Shown here: positions 1-8,224 of the stretch, one piece after another
Numbering within the stretch: position 1 is the stretch's first letter
Layout: every line of letters starts with the position of its first letter
IMG/VR virus record: IMGVR_UViG_3300042463_000956
Span: 58,542 to 78,541 of that record
DNA: 20,000 bases
Source of the DNA: an uncultured virus (IMG/VR IMGVR_UViG_3300042463_000956)
Lineage: Duplodnaviria; Heunggongvirae; Uroviricota; Caudoviricetes
Reading direction: 5' to 3' (one strand)
Translations under genes and position numbers: made by a program
Notes under the pieces: model-generated
Databases searched by the model: none
What the model was told of the DNA's origin: nothing
What the model saw: only the letters and a program-made list of their open reading frames with translations

Positions 1-1782
1 AGTTGGTATTCCAAGTTTTTCAAATTCTTCAATAACATTAAGATAAGCCCTAGTTGATGAAAAACCACTTAAAAATCTTGTTGCTAATAATAAAGGAAGT
101 GGTATTTGATTTCCAAAACCTCTAGATGCTAATTTTAATAATTTTAATAAATTATCTATAACACTTTTACATTCACGAACATCAACAATAATGTCTGCAA
201 TTTTTAATAGTATTTGTGTTAATGCAAATATTATTGATAAAGATTTTTTATTTTTTTCTAATTTTATATCGACAGTTATTGTTGAAATTAATTGTTTAAT
301 GTCCTGAACAACTAAGTCAAAAATAATTTTAATAAAAATTGCATAAATTTTTGAAACCAAATTAACAACCAAATCTTTAAATTTTTTGAAAAAATCAACA
401 TATGATTTTACTAAATTAAGTCCTTGATTACCTAAAGCTAAAAGTACTATCGCCAAAGGTAATATTACTTTTGGTGTTAATAGTGCAAATACAACCGCTT
501 TTGGAAACTCTTTAATCATCGATTCATCAATGTTTATTTGTAACGGTAACCAATCTGGATTTTGAGTTAATGAATTTGTTATATTAGTTGCGTCTTCGAT
601 TGTGTTTGAATTATTTGAACCAGGGACAAAAATTAGATTTGATACGGCTGTAACTATTGCTGTAGTATCAACCGGTAATTTAATTGTTAAACATTCCTCA
701 AATTCAACAACACCATTTAAAACGTCAGAAATAGATTGGTCAATAAATAAAGTCTCAAGTTCATCAAATTCAAAAAAAGAATCGTCAATATTATCGTTTT
801 CTGAAATTTTAGCAGAACCAGAAACATCAATTTCTTTTGTTCCGTCAAAACATAAACCTAATATTCTTTGTATTACTAATGATACTTTATAAAAATCACC
901 CAAATCATTTTTTCCATCACCCTTCTCAATAGAAATTGCACCAGTAAGGATATTCATTAAATTTGCAAAAATATTTTTGAAGTCTATAATTTCTATTGAT
1001 TGGTAATAATCTTTAACAAATTCTTTTATTTTTTGACCACTAACCCTTTGTTTTGGTGTTACTTTAAAGTAATTTCCAGAAACACCATTATTGTCCAATT
1101 CAGTATATTCAATATCAAATAAATCTTGTAATGACTTACCTTGGTAATTTGACGAGTACTGAACAGAAAATTGTTGGTTAATATTTTGTATTCTTTGGTA
1201 CAATTCCTTATTCATTGAAAATGGATAATTAGGAAAATTTAAATTAGCCTCTTCATATGAAATTTTACCAATATTACTTGTTGGGTCAACTTTTAATAAC
1301 CCTAAAAAGTCTATTGATTTTACGTTAATATATAAGTCTTGATTTGGTTGGTATTCTTGGTCATCAGAACAACCAGTTGTATTAAAAATCTCTTGTTGTA
1401 ATAAGTCTAATATTTTTGGTTTTAATTCGTTTAATGCTGTGATAAATTTACCAATAATATATTTTTTTACATCCCCACCCTTTTTAAATTTTTCTAACTT
1501 ATTTGGGTCAAGGTCTTTTAAACCGTCTGTAAATTGATCATTAGCTGAAAGGAATTTTATTTTTAATAACTCATCTAACTGACTATTTTGTTTTTTTTGC
1601 CACTTATTAAATTTAGATTTTCCCTTTTCAAAACGTTTTGTGACTTTTGATTTCTTTTTTTCAAAAGAACTCCCTACCTTCTTCTTTAACTTTTTATAGT
1701 CTTTAGAAAGTTGTTTGTAGGTTTGATTTTTTTGTATCGAACCACCAATAGCTTCATATCCTTCTTGAATATCAATTGGCAT
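1..1782 (-). CDS. Large hypothetical protein (at least 594 aa, 3' end outside the window), possibly virion-associated
   Basis: Not in the ORF track because it has no stop in the window. ATG at 1782-1780 overlaps the TAA of the upstream gene (TAATG). Manual translation MPIDIQEGYEAIGGSIQKNQTYKQLSKDYKKLKKKVG... stays open to position 1 (...RAYLNVIEEFEKLGIPT). Lys-rich N-terminus, hydrophobic/amphipathic C-terminal third. Function not recognised. Confidence 0.85.
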   Translation of the reverse strand, partial: MPIDIQEGYEAIGGSIQKNQTYKQLSKDYKKLKKKVGSSFEKKKSKVTKRFEKGKSKFNKWQKKQNSQLDELLKIKFLSANDQFTDGLKDLDPNKLEKFKKGGDVKKYIIGKFITALNELKPKILDLLQQEIFNTTGCSDDQEYQPNQDLYINVKSIDFLGLLKVDPTSNIGKISYEEANLNFPNYPFSMNKELYQRIQNINQQFSVQYSSNYQGKSLQDLFDIEYTELDNNGVSGNYFKVTPKQRVSGQKIKEFVKDYYQSIEIIDFKNIFANLMNILTGAISIEKGDGKNDLGDFYKVSLVIQRILGLCFDGTKEIDVSGSAKISENDNIDDSFFEFDELETLFIDQSISDVLNGVVEFEECLTIKLPVDTTAIVTAVSNLIFVPGSNNSNTIEDATNITNSLTQNPDWLPLQINIDESMIKEFPKAVVFALLTPKVILPLAIVLLALGNQGLNLVKSYVDFFKKFKDLVVNLVSKIYAIFIKIIFDLVVQDIKQLISTITVDIKLEKNKKSLSIIFALTQILLKIADIIVDVRECKSVIDNLLKLLKLASRGFGNQIPLPLLLATRFLSGFSSTRAYLNVIEEFEKLGIPT

Positions 1783-2150
1783 TATTTTTTCATTTTGTAA
1801 CTTTTATCTGATGTGTCTTTTTCTATCAATGATTTCATAACACTATCATCTAAATCTAAATCAGATAAAGTAAATTCTTCATCTCTATCATTTGATTTTT
1901 GCCAGATTTGTGCTTGAAGCTTTGAAAGTGAGAGTTTTTTTTCAACACAATCATTTATTATTTTTTGTTGTTTTTCAATTACAGGACCAATAAGAGTCAT
2001 ATCTTCTGGTTCTTTCATCATAGTCAACATTTTATTTTGGATTCTAATTGCTGTATTTCTTTGTTCTACAAGTTCATTATAGATTTCTTGCATCAAAGAT
2101 AACATTGATTCCTTTGTTAGATTAATTTGTTTTTTTTGAGGTCTTGGCAT
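1782..2150 (-). CDS. Hypothetical coiled-coil/helical protein, 122 aa
   Basis: Clean ORF in operon order. Basic N-terminus (MPRPQKK), helical heptad-like core, acidic tail. No confident family. Confidence 0.8.
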   Translation of the reverse strand: MPRPQKKQINLTKESMLSLMQEIYNELVEQRNTAIRIQNKMLTMMKEPEDMTLIGPVIEKQQKIINDCVEKKLSLSKLQAQIWQKSNDRDEEFTLSDLDLDDSVMKSLIEKDTSDKSYKMKK

Positions 2151-2161
2151 AATAATAAATA

Positions 2162-2914
2162 CTAATCTTTCAAAATATCCTGTAATAATTCAGAATATAA
2201 TTTTTTATATCTTTTCATTGAAGACCTAATTTCTTTTGTTGTGAGATTTGTCATCTCCCTTAATTCAAATAAAATTATATTTTTATTAAATTTATTGTTG
2301 TTATTTGTTTCAATAAAAAGGTTTTTGTAATTTTCAAAAAGATCAAATAACGACTGACCAAGTTTATGTTCTTGTTCTGTTATTTTTTTATCATCTAATG
2401 AAAATTTTAATTTTTCAAGAAATTTTTTCATAATTTCTTCACTAGTAATATCTTCATTATCGATATAATAAACCATATCAGGACTATTTTGTAAATCACT
2501 AGAAATGTCTTCATACGAAATTTTTCTGTTCATTTCTTTTTGATCTTTCATTATTTGACCCATCAAATAATTTTTACAAATAGTACCAAAATATGAATAT
2601 GCTTTTTTTTCTTTTGATGGTTTAAATTTATCAATTTTAGTCATCAAAAAAGAATGTGTATCAATATGGACTTCTTCGTAATCCATATCTTTTCTGTATA
2701 ATTTGTATCGTCGTATTATTGACGATATCATTTTATCTAAAGGATGTTTTAAAAAATCATTGTAAATTTTATTTTTTTCCTCAAATGTGGTTGCTTTAAG
2801 ATAATCTCTTACGGCATTCTCTTCTATTTCAGCAAAATAATTTTTTACTTTTGGTTTTCTTCCTTTCTTTTTCTTATCATCACATTGTTCGTTGTTCTCT
2901 TCATTAATCAACAT
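2162..2914 (-). CDS. Phage RNA polymerase sigma factor (divergent sigma70 family, T4 gp55-like)
   Basis: KIDKFKPSKEKKAYSYFGTICKNYLMGQIMKDQK resembles sigma region 2.3-2.4 (KFDPxKGxxFxxYA...I.N). It is preceded by a region 2.1/2.2-like stretch (LDKMISSIIRRYKLY...DYEEVHIDTHSFL) and has a C-terminal HTH-like segment (LREMTNLTTKEIRSSMKR). Confidence 0.65.
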   Translation of the reverse strand: MLINEENNEQCDDKKKKGRKPKVKNYFAEIEENAVRDYLKATTFEEKNKIYNDFLKHPLDKMISSIIRRYKLYRKDMDYEEVHIDTHSFLMTKIDKFKPSKEKKAYSYFGTICKNYLMGQIMKDQKEMNRKISYEDISSDLQNSPDMVYYIDNEDITSEEIMKKFLEKLKFSLDDKKITEQEHKLGQSLFDLFENYKNLFIETNNNNKFNKNIILFELREMTNLTTKEIRSSMKRYKKLYSELLQDILKD

Positions 2915-3720
2915 TAAACTTCTTGTGGTTCATATTTTATATCTCGTTCTTTGATGTATAGATATTCTTTTTTAGCTGAATCAATCCAAAATTTTACCTC
3001 ATCTTCAGACAATCTATCGTCACTATTTTTGTAGTTCCAGAAAATTGACCCCTCTCTTAAGTTCATATGTTTATAACCAATTCTTGGAATCGTCATAATT
3101 TTAACGTTGTTATTAGTCATTCTTAATAAGAACTCATATCCAAATGTTAACTTAAATGAGTCTTTTAACATTCCAAAATCAACAAAAGATTTTTTTCTTA
3201 TCACCATTCCAGATATTTGAAAGTTTTGATATGTAAGTAGAGTTTCATTGTCTAAGTATCCCATTTCAGTTGAGAAGTTTGCGGCAAAAGTTGCCTCATT
3301 AGTAAACCCAACAAAAACACCTTTATAATCTACATCAACAACAATTGGTAAAAAAGCGTCAACATCACCATAGATATCCATATAACTTTTTGCGTTCTTA
3401 AACCATATATTTGAATATTCATCATCGAACTCTAAAATAGAAACCCATTCAGATGTCGCTTTACTTACACCGTAATTAACCTGGTTTGCAAAACTAGGAG
3501 TACCATCATATTCTTCGATGAATACATTTATGTCTCCAAAATCAAAAGCAGAAACATAATTTCTAAAATAATCTTCACCTACGTGTACAATTATTAATTC
3601 ACTAACTAAACCTTCTTGGTTTTTTACTGAAGTTATTGCCTTTTCAAAAAATTCTTCAAAGTCTATTGCTTTACCAGACTTTATTGGTAATATAACCGAT
3701 ATTGTATTTTTACTTTCCAT
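2914..3720 (-). CDS. Glycosyltransferase family 2 (GT-A fold)
   Basis: N-terminal ISVILPI strand, FANQVNYGV helix, SILEFDDEY (DxD-like region). The ATG at 3720 (MESKNTISVIL) is preferred over 3738 because it directly follows the upstream stop at 3722. Confidence 0.75.
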   Translation of the reverse strand: MESKNTISVILPIKSGKAIDFEEFFEKAITSVKNQEGLVSELIIVHVGEDYFRNYVSAFDFGDINVFIEEYDGTPSFANQVNYGVSKATSEWVSILEFDDEYSNIWFKNAKSYMDIYGDVDAFLPIVVDVDYKGVFVGFTNEATFAANFSTEMGYLDNETLLTYQNFQISGMVIRKKSFVDFGMLKDSFKLTFGYEFLLRMTNNNVKIMTIPRIGYKHMNLREGSIFWNYKNSDDRLSEDEVKFWIDSAKKEYLYIKERDIKYEPQEV

Positions 3721-3721
3721 A

Positions 3722-4783
3722 TTAATCAATTGTTTCAAATTTATTTAGTTGTTCTTCGAATGTTTTCATTCTTGTTTCAATCATTTCTGAAAAAACACTT
3801 AAAACATTATGTTCAAATTTATCCAAGTCAGAATGTTTACTAACTGTTTTATCCATAGCTTCAAAAAGTTCTGGGTTTAAGTTATCTTCTAACCAATTTT
3901 GTGTGAAATCAGCAATAACCTCAACCAATGAATTTTTGTTTGCTAACCAAATTCCATTATCTTCGTTTAACCATTCTGGCTGTAAGTGAGGTAACATACC
4001 GATTACAGGAACACCAGATTTCATAGATTCTAGTGGGAAAGTACCAAAACCACTTGTCTGATCAATCCAAACAGAAACAAAACTTTCTTTTAGTGCTTGA
4101 GCAAATTCATTTTCTGTAAGACCTCTTAAATCTCTAAATGTAATCCATCTATATTGTGGGAATTTAACATAAAACTGTTTAATTAAATTAACAGTATCTC
4201 TTTGATCTCTTGAATGAATAGAAATAATAGTTTTTGCTGGTTTTTCATTTTTTACAAAACACTCGCTAATTACTGGCTCAATAATTTCAAATGAAACTTT
4301 TCTCATAAATTGCTCAATGTATTTTTTCTGAGTTTCAGAAGTTGTTATACATTTAAAAAACCCAAGTTGTTGCCAGTTCTCACCTGGTTGCAACGTTTCA
4401 AAAATATGGTCATAAGCTTGTGCTAATACAACTTTACCACAAGGTAATTTTTTAACTTGGTCCATAATGTAACCAAAAATTTCAGGGATGATAAGAATGT
4501 CATCTGGTGAAATTTCTAAATTACCATCATCTATTGATTTGTGTTGTAGTTCTGACATATAGTTTTCGCCTAACCATTCAGCAACACCAATATATTCTTT
4601 GTTTTCGTGAAGGATGATTGGATTATAACCATTCTTTTTTAACGTCATTGCAATTTGATAAGTCAGTCTAACTGAACCTTTTGCGTTTCCTTTGGTATCT
4701 TGGACAACAAAATACAATCTAGATTTTTTGTCCTTCATACTTTGAACCGCTTTTTCTAATTTTTTTATCTGTTCGGTATTCAT
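3722..4783 (-). CDS. Glycosyltransferase, GT-B fold (GT4-like)
   Basis: GSVRLTYQIAMTLKKNGY N-terminal motif, DILIIPEI, and C-terminal SGFGTFPLESMKSGVPVIG matching the GT4 EGFGxxxLEAMxxGxPVI signature. Confidence 0.75.
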   Translation of the reverse strand: MNTEQIKKLEKAVQSMKDKKSRLYFVVQDTKGNAKGSVRLTYQIAMTLKKNGYNPIILHENKEYIGVAEWLGENYMSELQHKSIDDGNLEISPDDILIIPEIFGYIMDQVKKLPCGKVVLAQAYDHIFETLQPGENWQQLGFFKCITTSETQKKYIEQFMRKVSFEIIEPVISECFVKNEKPAKTIISIHSRDQRDTVNLIKQFYVKFPQYRWITFRDLRGLTENEFAQALKESFVSVWIDQTSGFGTFPLESMKSGVPVIGMLPHLQPEWLNEDNGIWLANKNSLVEVIADFTQNWLEDNLNPELFEAMDKTVSKHSDLDKFEHNVLSVFSEMIETRMKTFEEQLNKFETID

Positions 4784-4790
4784 ACTTTTT

Positions 4791-5090
4791 TTATATTTTA
4801 TTTATTATTTTCTTAATTAATAACGAATTAAATGCAATTTTAAATGGTATAGAAACTTCGTTTGATTTCATACCTAAATCTTCATCAACTTCATTTGCTT
4901 CTGTTAATACAGTTTCTAAGAAATTTTTAACCAATTCATATTTTACTAAATGAATTTGTTTTTCTTCTTTTAGTTCTGCGACATCACCTTCAGTTTCGAC
5001 ATCATCTTCCAGCACTTCAGCCGTAAATTGTACATATTCATCAATAGCATCAATGTCAACGTAATAGATTTCATTAAATATTTTAAACAT
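4791..5090 (-). CDS. Small acidic hypothetical protein, 99 aa
   Basis: ORF fills the gap between neighbours with an 8-nt overlap upstream. D/E-rich; no recognised motif. Confidence 0.75.
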   Translation of the reverse strand: MFKIFNEIYYVDIDAIDEYVQFTAEVLEDDVETEGDVAELKEEKQIHLVKYELVKNFLETVLTEANEVDEDLGMKSNEVSIPFKIAFNSLLIKKIINKI

Positions 5091-5763
5091 ATTCTTTAGT
5101 TATTTTTTTTAATAATAAGTTAAAATCTGATAAAGTAGATATTTCCAATTCAGACTTAATGTTTTTATTGTAATCACGTAAAAATTTTACAACAATTTTA
5201 CCTTCTGGTTTGTTAAGTATTAAATCTGGATTTGATGTGATTAAAATATCTACATTGTCCCACATATCATTCTTTGTTGTTTCAGAATAAAAAATTATTT
5301 TTTCTAATAAACAACCAAATTTTGAAAGGAAGAAAAGTGAAGCTGGTTTTGATTTACCAATCTCATCAGAAACTATGAGTAAATCATATTCATCTCTTAA
5401 ATCATAATATAACTCATTAAGAACATTAAACGTATTCATTTCTGATGATGGTGCGTGACCAAACAATTCCATAGTATATTCTTTATACATAAAATTATAT
5501 AAATCATCTTTTGATGGAAAAGCAAAATGGTCTAATAGACTTAATGAAGTTACCGGATTTAAAATTTTATATTCAAAATTATTAATTGTTAAATCTTCGT
5601 TAATCTCAACAACCTCATTTGTTTCACCAGAAAACGTTAGTTCATACTTTTTATCAACAGATTCAAATTCAGTAGAATCAATTAAATGTTTTTCATAAAC
5701 CTGTTTAAATTTTTCTATAGTATCTCTTAAAACACCATTAATCTCAATCCCTATTTTCATCAT
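5083..5763 (-). CDS. HAD-fold 5'(3')-deoxyribonucleotidase-like protein with degenerate catalytic motifs
   Basis: N-terminus KIGIEINGVLRD aligns by eye with the NT5C-type HAD motif I (xIGIDIDGVLxD); LLIVS corresponds to motif II; DILITSNP sits at the motif IV position (normally DxLIDDxP); ...RDYNK tail typical of the family. The start may be the second ATG at 5760. Confidence 0.6.
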   Translation of the reverse strand: MMKIGIEINGVLRDTIEKFKQVYEKHLIDSTEFESVDKKYELTFSGETNEVVEINEDLTINNFEYKILNPVTSLSLLDHFAFPSKDDLYNFMYKEYTMELFGHAPSSEMNTFNVLNELYYDLRDEYDLLIVSDEIGKSKPASLFFLSKFGCLLEKIIFYSETTKNDMWDNVDILITSNPDLILNKPEGKIVVKFLRDYNKNIKSELEISTLSDFNLLLKKITKEYV

Positions 5764-6475
5764 ATTTTGCTAAAATTTTACTAATTAATGGGTTACGAAC
5801 ATTTTTAGCATTTCTAAAATCATAAACACCAATATCTGGAATACCATTAAATCTTTGTATGGCATCATAAAGTCCAGATTGTCTTTTGTCTTTATATCTA
5901 TCAGTTTGTTCTAAGTCTCCAGATATAAAGAATTTACTATTGTAACCTATTCTTGTCAAGAGTAACTTCATTTGATTTGGTGTTGAATTTTGTGCTTCTT
6001 CAAATATCAGGATTGAATTGTCTATATTCATACCTCTCATATATGCAAGAGCAAATACCTCAATGATTTCAGCATCTTTTAATTTTTCTCTAGCGTCTTT
6101 ACCGATAATTTTATTTAAAAGATAATAAGATGGAAAAATATATGGATCTAACTTTTCTTCTAGGTTACCAGGAAGTGCCCCAAGTTTTTCTTCGGCCTCA
6201 ACCGCGGGTCTAACAATTATGATTTTTTCATATGAATTATTTGGGTCCATAAGTAAATCAACAGCTGCTTTCATTGCAATAAATGATTTACCAACTCCAG
6301 CAGGTCCAGAAGCTATTGTTATTTCATTTGATTTTAATATGTCATAGTAAGTTTCCTGATGTTCTGATAAAAATTTATTTTTTTGTCTTTTTTTAATTAC
6401 AGAGTTTATAAATTCTTTTCTTGAAAATGGTTTTGATTCTGATTCATCATTCTGTGTAACTTTCTTTCTGGTCAT
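5744..6475 (-). CDS. phoH: PhoH family ATPase
   Basis: Walker A GPAGVGKS, IIIVRPAVEAEEKLGALPG, AYMRG, Walker B-like IFEEAQN, LLTRIG, SGDLEQTD and VRNPLI are all PhoH hallmarks. Confidence 0.95.
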   Translation of the reverse strand: MTRKKVTQNDESESKPFSRKEFINSVIKKRQKNKFLSEHQETYYDILKSNEITIASGPAGVGKSFIAMKAAVDLLMDPNNSYEKIIIVRPAVEAEEKLGALPGNLEEKLDPYIFPSYYLLNKIIGKDAREKLKDAEIIEVFALAYMRGMNIDNSILIFEEAQNSTPNQMKLLLTRIGYNSKFFISGDLEQTDRYKDKRQSGLYDAIQRFNGIPDIGVYDFRNAKNVRNPLISKILAKYDENRD

Positions 6476-7448
6476 AGTCTTTTTTTAGTTTGTTTAGCCA
6501 ATAGTCTATCATCTCGTCTAGCATTGTTTCGAACGTATACGTCGGTGTCCACCCGGTGATATCCCTTAGTTTTTTTGAGTCACCCTTCAAATCGGAAAGT
6601 TCTTCGGGTCTATAAAATTTTTCATCAATTGTTAAATATTTTTTCCAGTCTAACTCTAACTTATTAAACACATATTCAACAAGTTCTTTTACTGAGTGAG
6701 AAATCCCTGTTGAGCAAACAAAATCGTCTGGAACATCTTGTTGTAATATCATCCACATTGCCTCAACATAATCTTTTGCATGTCCCCAATCTCTTGTAGC
6801 ATCTAAATTACCAAGTTTTAATTGGTTTGATAAACCTAGTTTAATTTTTACCGCTTCCTTACAAACCTTATTTGTTACAAAGTTTGTTCCACGTCTTGGT
6901 GATTCGTGATTAAATAAAATTCCATTTGATATAAACATATTGTAAGAATTTCTATAGTTTCTACAAATGTTATATGAAAATACTTTTGCACATCCGTAAG
7001 GTGATACTGGAGACATCGGTGTTGATTCCCTTTGGTATCCGTCTTCATCAATATTGTTTCCAAACATTTCAGAAGAAGACGCTTGGTATAACTTAATTGT
7101 TGGGTCAACAAGTTTAATTGCTTCTAACATATTCAATGTTCCTAAACCAGTAGCGTTTGCAGTATATATTGGTTGGTCAAATGAAATACGAACATGTGAT
7201 TGTGCTGCCAAATTATAAATTTCGTTTGGTTTTGTTTTTTGTATAACATTAATTAAAGATGACAAATCTGTTAAATCAGCATAATGTAATTTTAGTTGGT
7301 CATAAATATCATCAAGTCTTGATGTTTGGTTTTCAGAAACTGAATTTCTTTTTAAAGTTCCGTGTACTTCATACCCTTTATTAAGCAAAAATTCTGCTAG
7401 ATATGAACCATCCTGTCCATTTATTCCTGTTATAAGCGCTATTTTCAT
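6447..7448 (-). CDS. gmd: GDP-mannose 4,6-dehydratase
   Basis: ALITGINGQDGSYLAE, NLAAQSHV, QASSSEMFG, SPYGCAK (YxxxK), GILFNHESPRRG, LGNLDATRDWGHAKDYVEAMW. Confidence 0.96.
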   Translation of the reverse strand: MKIALITGINGQDGSYLAEFLLNKGYEVHGTLKRNSVSENQTSRLDDIYDQLKLHYADLTDLSSLINVIQKTKPNEIYNLAAQSHVRISFDQPIYTANATGLGTLNMLEAIKLVDPTIKLYQASSSEMFGNNIDEDGYQRESTPMSPVSPYGCAKVFSYNICRNYRNSYNMFISNGILFNHESPRRGTNFVTNKVCKEAVKIKLGLSNQLKLGNLDATRDWGHAKDYVEAMWMILQQDVPDDFVCSTGISHSVKELVEYVFNKLELDWKKYLTIDEKFYRPEELSDLKGDSKKLRDITGWTPTYTFETMLDEMIDYWLNKLKKDYDQKESYTE

Positions 7449-8224
7449 TTAGTAAGTAATTTATAGTTTAATTTAGAATTAGATAAAATACAAAAAGAAG
7501 AAATGTTAGATTTTGTGCATATAAAATTTTTTGTTTTAGATAACGTAAAAACTCCGAATAGTAACTCCATAATATGATTATGGATATCTTCAATTGGGTT
7601 ATTTATTTTAAAAAAAGGTAAAATCATATTTTTGGAAGTAAACATATCATAAGTTATTAGCTTATTCCCATATCTTAGTTTAAATTTATTGGTGTCATAA
7701 ATGTTATCACACATTAAAAAAACATTATCAAATTCATTAGACTCAACCTCATTAAAAATATCTTCTATGTTTACAATTTTATAGTGACTCCAAATATCTG
7801 TTGATCTCCTATGAACCCCAACGGTTGTATTAAAGTTAATTTGACTATGTCTTTTATTAAATAATTCATTTAAAGTTTCATTAGGTATAAAAAAATCTTT
7901 GATTATTTTTTCACTTATCAATCTAATATCCTGATTAAGGTTTTCTACATTATAACAATCAAGGTTTAAATCGTTTGGAAACAATTCTATATTTGTGTAA
8001 AGATGATTATTTACTTTAAAATCATTTTCGTCTTGAAATAAAGAGATGTCAAACATATTTTTATTTCCGTAACCCGGTATATCAAACAAATCGTGATAAT
8101 ATTTTATATCAACGTCCCCATTTAACTTAATAAAGTTTACCATATTTAACACAGATTCTGTTAGATATGAAAATAAACCTCTGTTTGCCTCTTTAGACCT
8201 GGCGGGTTTATATAATCTATGCAT
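7445..8224 (-). CDS. NodZ/GT23-like fucosyltransferase-fold protein
   Basis: N-terminal RGLFS; motif I VGVHRRSTD; motif II VFLMCDN; motif III-like TLSKTKNFICTKSNIS. These are the three motifs shared by alpha-1,6/alpha-1,2/O-fucosyltransferases. Confidence 0.65.
   Translation of the reverse strand: MHRLYKPARSKEANRGLFSYLTESVLNMVNFIKLNGDVDIKYYHDLFDIPGYGNKNMFDISLFQDENDFKVNNHLYTNIELFPNDLNLDCYNVENLNQDIRLISEKIIKDFFIPNETLNELFNKRHSQINFNTTVGVHRRSTDIWSHYKIVNIEDIFNEVESNEFDNVFLMCDNIYDTNKFKLRYGNKLITYDMFTSKNMILPFFKINNPIEDIHNHIMELLFGVFTLSKTKNFICTKSNISSFCILSNSKLNYKLLTK

Noticed and set aside
602..892. Plus-strand 96-aa ORF
   Set aside because: Antisense shadow of the long minus-strand ORF 1..1782; Ser-rich composition typical of reverse-frame translation.
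2162..2164. Stop-codon reassignment (TAG or TGA read-through as in some large phages)
   Set aside because: All genes are full length under the standard bacterial code, TGA ends many genes in ATGA overlaps, and this TAG is followed by a sensible next start.
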